DNA from: Clostridia bacterium
GTDB taxonomy: Bacteria; Bacillota; Clostridia; Christensenellales; UBA1242
Direction: 5' to 3'
DNA: 64,000 bases
NCBI GenBank assembly: GCA_045538455.1
Contig: JAZSRL010000010.1
Coordinates: forward strand, 29,244 to 93,243
The translations under genes and the position numbers were made by a program. The notes beneath the pieces are model-generated. The model was given only the letters and a program-made list of their open reading frames with translations, was not told the origin of the DNA and did not search any database. Positions 57,760 through 64,000 of this stretch are shown piece by piece. Positions within the stretch are counted from its first letter, which is position 1. The number at the start of each line of letters is the position of its first letter.

Positions 57760-59060
57760 ATGAACTAAAAGAGTTTGCAAATTTTTATCAAAAAATCACG
57801 GGGACAACTTCGCGATTAGATAAAGAAGCTATTTTACTGAGTTATCAAAATAGTGATGCAGTAAAAAACATTTTACAGTTTTTGTTTAATCCATTTATTG
57901 TAACTGGTATTAGTGAACGAAAATTAACTAAGAATGTGACTTTGAAGGGACAAAGTTGTAATTCTTTGGCTGAATTATTAGAGTATTTTAAAAAGCATAA
58001 TACTGGGCGTGATGAGGACATTGCTGTTTTAAAAAACTTTACTGCGGAGTTAAGTGAAGAATTTGCTTTCTTGGTGCATGGCTTAATCAAAAAAGATTTA
58101 ACTTTAGGTGCGAGTGAAAAAACTTTGAATAAAGTTTTTGGTAGTGGCTTTATCCCGTCTTTTGATGTGATGTTAGCGGAAAAGTATGTAGAAAATACCG
58201 CTTTTGTCGAAGGCAAGAGTTTCATTATTACCGAAAAACTTGACGGAGTGCGTTGTATGTTAATTTTTAATGATGTGGGTGAACCGTCTTTTTTTTCGCG
58301 CGCGGGAAAACCTTTTCACGATATGATTGAGTTATCAGAAGAGGTAAAAAAACTAGATCCTAAAATGGTTTATGATGGTGAATTATTGTTAGCTGCTGAT
58401 GAGTCGATTAACAGTGCGGATTTATATCGTTTAACAGTGAAAGTGACAGCTAAAGATGGAAATAAGACGGGATTGATTTATAATGTGTTTGACGCCTTAC
58501 CCAAAAAAGATTTATTAAACGGCGGTTGTAGTATTCCTTGTGAAGAACGAAAAGCTCGATTACGGGAAGAGTTGAATCAATTATCATTACCACATATTAA
58601 AGAAGTTCCAATTTTGTATGCGGGTACAGATATGAAGCAAATTGATATACTTTGTGACGAATATACGGACAAAGGTCGTGAAGGTGTGATGGTGAATATT
58701 GCAGATGCACCTTATGAATGCAAGCGTACCAAAAATTTGTTAAAGGTTAAAAGGTTTAATACTGCTGATGTTCGTGTTTTAGAATGGGAAGAAGGAACGG
58801 GTGCCAACAAAGGTAAATTAGGCGCTGTTATTGTTGAATTTATCGCTCCTGATAACAAAAAATACACTTGTAAAGTTGGTAGTGGTTTTCAAAAAGAAGA
58901 ACGGGAAGATTTTTTTGCTCATCCAGAGAAGATTGTAGGTCATATTATTGAGGTGGGTTATTTTGAGCTTTCACAAAATCAAAAGGATAATGGTTATTCT
59001 TTGCGTTTTCCAACTTTTAAAGGCTTACGCAATGATAAAGACGAAATTTCGATGTATTAA
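57756..59060 (+). CDS. ATP-dependent DNA ligase with phage-like architecture
   Basis: Motif I TEKLDGVR, FSR.GK, YDGELL, VFD, EGVM, LLKVK, OB domain VGSGF, SLRFP.F. Confidence 0.92.
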   Translation: MNELKEFANFYQKITGTTSRLDKEAILLSYQNSDAVKNILQFLFNPFIVTGISERKLTKNVTLKGQSCNSLAELLEYFKKHNTGRDEDIAVLKNFTAELSEEFAFLVHGLIKKDLTLGASEKTLNKVFGSGFIPSFDVMLAEKYVENTAFVEGKSFIITEKLDGVRCMLIFNDVGEPSFFSRAGKPFHDMIELSEEVKKLDPKMVYDGELLLAADESINSADLYRLTVKVTAKDGNKTGLIYNVFDALPKKDLLNGGCSIPCEERKARLREELNQLSLPHIKEVPILYAGTDMKQIDILCDEYTDKGREGVMVNIADAPYECKRTKNLLKVKRFNTADVRVLEWEEGTGANKGKLGAVIVEFIAPDNKKYTCKVGSGFQKEEREDFFAHPEKIVGHIIEVGYFELSQNQKDNGYSLRFPTFKGLRNDKDEISMY

Positions 59061-59117
59061 GGAAAAATCGATAAAATTGGTTTGGTGGCTTTTTGATTTG
59101 ATGTTATAATAAAAATT

Positions 59118-59330
59118 ATGATATATCCTAAAATCGAAGATTGTATTTCAAGAGCCGAACAAAATAAGTATGTTTTGGCTACAATGGTTTCAAAACGCGC
59201 TAAAGATTTAGTTACTCGTAATGCTGGTCAATTTGGTGGTAAAGAAAAGCAAATTTCTTATGCTATGCGTGAAATTGTTGATGGGAAAATCGTACCGACG
59301 ACTACCGTTAACCAAAATTCGCGTGCTTAA
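59118..59330 (+). CDS. rpoZ: RNA polymerase omega subunit
   Basis: P.I, NKYVL..VSKRA, AM.EI..GK; directly precedes priA. Confidence 0.9.
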   Translation: MIYPKIEDCISRAEQNKYVLATMVSKRAKDLVTRNAGQFGGKEKQISYAMREIVDGKIVPTTTVNQNSRA

Positions 59331-59332
59331 TA

Positions 59333-61351
59333 ATGATGAAATATGCCAAAGTTATTATTGATGCGGTTCTAACCAATGATGTTGTATGGGATTATTTAAT
59401 TCCACAAGGTTTAGTTGTTGTCCGTGGTTCATGTGTTGTTGTGTCATTCGGGAAACGCGAAATCGTCGGTTTTGTTGTCGATATTTGTGACCATACGGAT
59501 GTACAGTCGGAAATGTTAAAGCCGGTTCAAGGATTAGCTACGGATTTTGTAATTAAAACTGAATTATTAGATTTGTTGCCGCAGATTTGTGAAAAATTTA
59601 AGTTGCGGGCAATAGATGTTTTAAAATTATTTGTGCCGAGTGCGGTTCGAACTGGAAAACCTAAACGCAATGGAAGTTGCCGTATACCCATGAGCATGGA
59701 TAAAGTGGATAAAAAAGTTATTTTAAACTCAGAGCAACAGCATTGTGTGGACACGGTTTTATCACAGTCGGAAAAAGTCTTTTTATTGAAAGGTGTTACA
59801 GGAAGTGGTAAAACCGAAGTTTATATGAATATTATTGAAAAAGTTTTAGCTGCGGGAAAGACTGCTTTGGTTTTGGTGCCGGAAATTGGTTTAACACCGC
59901 AAGTGTTGTCAATTTTCAAAGCTCGTTTTGGTGATATTGTAGCTATGTTGCACAGTAAATTATACGGCGGCGAGCGTTTTGATGAATGGTTGCGCGTTAA
60001 TGATGGTTCGGCGCGGATTGTCATCGGTGCGCGTTCTGCTGTGTTTGCTCCATTGGAGAATATTGGAGCAATCATTATTGATGAAGAACACGATGGCAGT
60101 TATCAAAGTGATAGTAATCCGCGTTATTTAACCCATGATATTGCTATCATGCGTGGTCAATGGAATCATTGCCCTGTGGTTTTGGGGTCGGCAACTCCAT
60201 CTGTGCAAAGTTTTTATTTAGCTCAACAAGGAAAATATGAATTATTAGAATTGCCAAAGCGCGTAAACAATGTACCATTACCTCATATTGAAATCGTAGA
60301 TATGGCGCATGAAATTCGTTCGGGTAATGGCGGAATTTTTGGGACAGAAGTTTTAAGCGAATTGCTGCAAACTTTGCGGAACGGGAATTCGGCAATGATA
60401 TTTTTAAACCGGCGTGGTTATTCGCAAACAGTTCGCTGTTTACAATGTGGATGGAATGCAAAGTGCGAAAACTGTGATGTTTCTATGGTTTATCACAAAG
60501 ATGATGAACAGTTAAAATGTCATTATTGTGCCGCGCGGCTACCTTTTCCGTCTCGGTGTCCGCAATGTGGCAGTACTTATATCAAGCACGGTGCTATGGG
60601 CACACAGAAGATTTGCTCCGAGCTGGAAAAGATGTTGAGTCAAGCTGGTTTAACCGTTCCGGTTTTGCGTATGGATACAGATAATACGCAAGCCAAAGGT
60701 GCGTTAATAAAAATTTTGGAAGAATTTGCAAATAAAACTCCATCCATTTTAGTTGGAACCCAAATGATTGCGAAAGGACATCATTTCCCCAAAGTTAGTT
60801 TTGTGGCGATTGTGAATGCAGATGGTGGTTTTGTAGCCGATTATCGCTCGGCAGAACGGACTTTTGCATTGTTGACGCAGGTTGCGGGACGGGCTGGTCG
60901 TGAAGTTGGGTGTGCTGGCAAGGTTTACTTGCAAACATATATGCCGAATCATTATGTTTATAAATTTATTAAAAATTATGATTATAACGGATTTTATCAA
61001 AGGGAAATTACCGCACGGCAAGCAACCAAATATCCACCGTACGCAACCATTGTCCGTGTATTAGTTTCGGGGACGGTTGATACCAAAATTATTGAAATTA
61101 TTAAACGCATGATGGAACCTTTACGAGCCTATGATAGTGAGCAACAAGCCTTTATTTATTTGGGAGCAATGAAGTGTCCGTATGGGCGTTTACAAAATAA
61201 ATTTCGATATCAAATCTTAGCACGCATCAAAGAAGATAAAGTTGAAGAGACGATTAATTATATGGATGATGTGATTAAAAAAATTGAGCAGCAGCCATTA
61301 GCACGCCAAGTCAAAATATTTTTTGAGATAAATCCTTCCAGTTTATCGTAA
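59333..61351 (+). CDS. priA: Primosomal protein N' (compact)
   Basis: GVTGSGKTEVY, VPEIGLTPQ, DEEHD, four CxxC pairs, GTQMIAKG, QVAGRAGR. Confidence 0.96.
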   Translation: MMKYAKVIIDAVLTNDVVWDYLIPQGLVVVRGSCVVVSFGKREIVGFVVDICDHTDVQSEMLKPVQGLATDFVIKTELLDLLPQICEKFKLRAIDVLKLFVPSAVRTGKPKRNGSCRIPMSMDKVDKKVILNSEQQHCVDTVLSQSEKVFLLKGVTGSGKTEVYMNIIEKVLAAGKTALVLVPEIGLTPQVLSIFKARFGDIVAMLHSKLYGGERFDEWLRVNDGSARIVIGARSAVFAPLENIGAIIIDEEHDGSYQSDSNPRYLTHDIAIMRGQWNHCPVVLGSATPSVQSFYLAQQGKYELLELPKRVNNVPLPHIEIVDMAHEIRSGNGGIFGTEVLSELLQTLRNGNSAMIFLNRRGYSQTVRCLQCGWNAKCENCDVSMVYHKDDEQLKCHYCAARLPFPSRCPQCGSTYIKHGAMGTQKICSELEKMLSQAGLTVPVLRMDTDNTQAKGALIKILEEFANKTPSILVGTQMIAKGHHFPKVSFVAIVNADGGFVADYRSAERTFALLTQVAGRAGREVGCAGKVYLQTYMPNHYVYKFIKNYDYNGFYQREITARQATKYPPYATIVRVLVSGTVDTKIIEIIKRMMEPLRAYDSEQQAFIYLGAMKCPYGRLQNKFRYQILARIKEDKVEETINYMDDVIKKIEQQPLARQVKIFFEINPSSLS

Positions 61352-61360
61352 ACATAGTTT

Positions 61361-62617
61361 ATGCTTACGGTTGCGGATGCACCAGTACATCATCGTCATA
61401 TTCGTCGTAAAAAATTAAAGGTGAAGAAGCAACGCTCACCGAGAAGTTTAAATGTGTCCAAAATTAATTGTATTCTGCAAAAAATTACGCCGCGTTGTTT
61501 TGATTTGAAGTTGTTAATTGCAGTTTTAGGATTAGTTATTTTTGGGATTTTAATGATATATTCTGCGTCCAATTACAATGCTCAATTTTATTATAATGAC
61601 CCTTTCTATTATACTGTAAAACAGTTGATTGGTTTTGTTTTGGGGCTTATTGGTTTGGGTATCATGTACTTTATAGATTTTCGCTGGTTACAAAAAACAG
61701 CTTTTATCATTTTTACGGTGGCAATTGTGTTATTAATTGCGGTATTTATTCCCGGAATTAGTATTTCTAAATTAGGTGCTACGCGATGGATTGGGATAGG
61801 TAGCTTTTCATTACAGCCGAGTGAAATTGCCAAGTTTGCTTTGGTAATTTTTGCGGCAAGAATATTTGCAGGAAAATTTCAAACTGGCGAAACTTTTGAA
61901 ATTAAAGAGCGGGTTAAGCAACCGCGTTGGTGGCAGATTTTGTCGGTGTTGGCTGCGGGCGGTTTGATGTGTTTGTTGATTATCTTGGAACCAAATATGT
62001 CAATTACGATTACGGTGGGTGTAATTATGCTAGTTATGCTGTTTTTAGGTGGTGTTCCATTAAAAACGATGGCGTTAATTTTGTTGCCAGCTTTGGCGGC
62101 GGCAGTTGTTATGTTGGTGGCGGAACCGTATCGTTTAAAGCGCTTATCTGCATTTATTGACCCATGGGCAAATCCCAAAGATGAAGGTTTTCAATTAATT
62201 GAAAGTTTATATGCAATTGCGAATGGTGGCTTTTGGGGTGTCGGTTACGGTAACAGTGTGCAAAAGCATATGTTCTTACCGTTTTCAGAAAGTGATTTTA
62301 TTTTTGCGATTATTGCTGAAGAATTTGGATTTGTCGGGTGTTTAGCTTTGTTTGCTGTTTTTGCTTTTATAATTTATCGTATTTTTAAAATTGGGTTGAG
62401 AAGTGTGAATTATTTCGGAAGATATTTGTGCTTCGGTATTGCAACCGTAATTATGGTGCAAACCAGTTTAAATTTTGCTGTCGCCACGGGTTGCATTCCG
62501 CCGACGGGGTTACCTCTGCCTTTTATTTCTTTTGGCGGTACAAGCCTGATGGTATTTATGATGGCGATAGGCGTTGTTCTCAATGTAGATAGGCAGAGTA
62601 GGAAGAGTAAAATTTAA
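61361..62617 (+). CDS. ftsW: FtsW/SpoVE SEDS peptidoglycan polymerase (start uncertain)
   Basis: MIYSAS, GATRWI, QPSEIAK, DPW, LPFSESDFIFA..EEFG, TGLPLPFISFGGTS. Confidence 0.92.
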   Translation: MLTVADAPVHHRHIRRKKLKVKKQRSPRSLNVSKINCILQKITPRCFDLKLLIAVLGLVIFGILMIYSASNYNAQFYYNDPFYYTVKQLIGFVLGLIGLGIMYFIDFRWLQKTAFIIFTVAIVLLIAVFIPGISISKLGATRWIGIGSFSLQPSEIAKFALVIFAARIFAGKFQTGETFEIKERVKQPRWWQILSVLAAGGLMCLLIILEPNMSITITVGVIMLVMLFLGGVPLKTMALILLPALAAAVVMLVAEPYRLKRLSAFIDPWANPKDEGFQLIESLYAIANGGFWGVGYGNSVQKHMFLPFSESDFIFAIIAEEFGFVGCLALFAVFAFIIYRIFKIGLRSVNYFGRYLCFGIATVIMVQTSLNFAVATGCIPPTGLPLPFISFGGTSLMVFMMAIGVVLNVDRQSRKSKI

Positions 62618-62700
62618 TTTTTTTAATAAGTGTATACAAAGTGCAAACATTTTGTATGCACTTTCATTTTTATGCTACAATGATTTCTGGGAGAAAAGAC

Positions 62701-63231
62701 ATGGATAAAAACATTACAATAAGACCAGTTAAACCGGAAGATGCGGAGCAGTTTGTATTGTTAGAGAATTTAATTTATAGAAAAACATATGAAAAAATCC
62801 TTTCGAGTGAAGTTATATTAAGAAAAGAAGAACAGACTTCAAATCGTGTCCTGATGTTTTCAGACACTCACAAAAATGACAAGGAAAACATATGTTATGT
62901 TGTCGAAATTGACGGGAACTTAGTAGGATATTTTTGGGGAAAACTCCATTCTTCGTATGAATATTATAATTCGAAAGGATATGCGGATTTAATTGCTTTA
63001 TATATTCATCCTGATTATCAAGGTTTAGGTATCGCTAGCAAATTAAAACAAATTTTTATAGATTGGGCAAAAATTAATGGAGTAACAAAATTTGTTATTG
63101 GCGTTTTAAAAGATAACAACAAAGCGAGAAAAGTTTATGAGAAGTGGGGTGGAGTATTAGATAATTATACTTCTGAGTATAAGGGGTGCGATGAGGTTTT
63201 TTACACTTATAATTTAGAAAAGGAACAATAA
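62701..63231 (+). CDS. GNAT family N-acetyltransferase
   Basis: LYIHPDYQGLGIA and N.KARKVYEKWG; SD GGAG before ATG 62701. Confidence 0.9.
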   Translation: MDKNITIRPVKPEDAEQFVLLENLIYRKTYEKILSSEVILRKEEQTSNRVLMFSDTHKNDKENICYVVEIDGNLVGYFWGKLHSSYEYYNSKGYADLIALYIHPDYQGLGIASKLKQIFIDWAKINGVTKFVIGVLKDNNKARKVYEKWGGVLDNYTSEYKGCDEVFYTYNLEKEQ

Positions 63232-63274
63232 AATTTGCTCTTTTTTCTTACAAAAATTTATAATACAATAACTG

Positions 63275-63415
63275 ATGTTAAGAGGTAGTATTCTGCCGAC
63301 GGGGTTACCTTTGCCATTCATTTTTTTTGGCGGTACAAGTTTAATGGTTTTTATGATGGCGATAGGCGTTGTGTTGAATGTTCAGAAGCAAAACTGTAAA
63401 AATAATAAAATTTGA
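63275..63415 (+). pseudogene. Duplicated 3' end of ftsW as a 46-aa in-frame mini-ORF (MLRGSILPTGLPLPFIFFGGTSLMVFMMAIGVVLNVQKQNCKNNKI)
   Basis: 63290-63382 matches 62495-62587 at 80/93 nt by hand alignment. Confidence 0.9.
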
Positions 63416-63483
63416 AGAATTAATGTAAGTATGATAAACTTAATGTGTTAACAGAAAAAATTCTGAAGGTGGTAAAAGCGATA

Positions 63484-63849
63484 ATGGTTTATAAAGTTGG
63501 AATGCTTTGTAAGCATTTTAAAGGAAAAAATTTGGAAGAAAAAAATATTTATCGAATTGTCGAATTGGGCGTTGACGGCAAAGATGTTTATGCAAATGAG
63601 ATAAGTTATACTGGTGATGGTCATTTAGAGACAGCTGAAAATTTGGTAGTTTATGCCAACATTTTTCAAAACAATAAATTATTTGCGCGGGAATATGAGG
63701 ATATTTCGAGTGAATTATCCCCGGAAAAACAACAGCAATATAATCAAGTATTAAAAGTTCAACCACTTAATGAAGAAGAAATATCAATTATTACTTCTCC
63801 TAAATTTATTGAATTAAAAGAAATACAAACAAGAGAAAAATTTCAATAA
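63484..63849 (+). CDS. DUF1653-like protein
   Basis: HFKG...Y.I, E.LVVY, FAR motifs; start is 63484 or 63445. Confidence 0.7.
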   Translation: MVYKVGMLCKHFKGKNLEEKNIYRIVELGVDGKDVYANEISYTGDGHLETAENLVVYANIFQNNKLFAREYEDISSELSPEKQQQYNQVLKVQPLNEEEISIITSPKFIELKEIQTREKFQ

Positions 63850-63896
63850 ATTTATATGCAATTTTTCTTTTGTGTTATAACGAAGGTGTAGGAGAA

Positions 63897-64000
63897 ATGT
63901 TAATTAAAAAAATAATATTACATAATGATAATTTAGCAACTAATTCAAAAAATGTTATAGAAATTGATTTATCTAAAAGTAAAAATGATAAAGATATTTT
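63897..64000 (+). CDS. 3'-partial ORF of unknown function (MLIKKIILHND...)
   Basis: SD AGGAG at 63890, ATG at 63897, frame open to the window end. Confidence 0.55.
   Translation, partial: MLIKKIILHNDNLATNSKNVIEIDLSKSKNDKDI

Noticed and set aside
1-64000. Alternative genetic code
   Set aside because: Conserved genes end normally at TGA (recD2, pheS) and TAG (pheT), and long ORFs are intact under the standard code.

Overview
This window is low-GC bacterial chromosome read with the standard code. Sporulation-type enzymes, tRNA/tmRNA style and gene content point to a streamlined spore-forming Firmicute (Clostridia-like); the taxonomy is inference. The + strand is G/T-rich, which suggests it is the leading strand. 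The first 28 kb is dominated by predicted membrane-anchored surface proteins, including a 6757-aa giant with 11 divergent repeats arranged in pairs, GLUG-type beta-helix modules and a compositionally distinct C-terminal tip. The rest is compact housekeeping (recD2, pheST, ssrA, 3 tRNAs, rimP-nusA-ylxR, glmS, pduL, recX, acpS, dnaG, rpoD, rpoZ, priA, ftsW) with several oddities. These are: a divergent DAC/DisA_N-like cyclase coupled to pheT; an M19+M14 peptidase fusion; a free-standing LeuRS-editing-domain/NUDIX chimera; a phage-like ATP-dependent ligase; apparently pervasive leaderless genes; and a duplicated, mostly synonymously diverged ftsW 3' end bracketing a GNAT gene. No CRISPR array, rRNA, integrase or transposase was seen. 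All calls come from reading motifs by eye; no searches were run.
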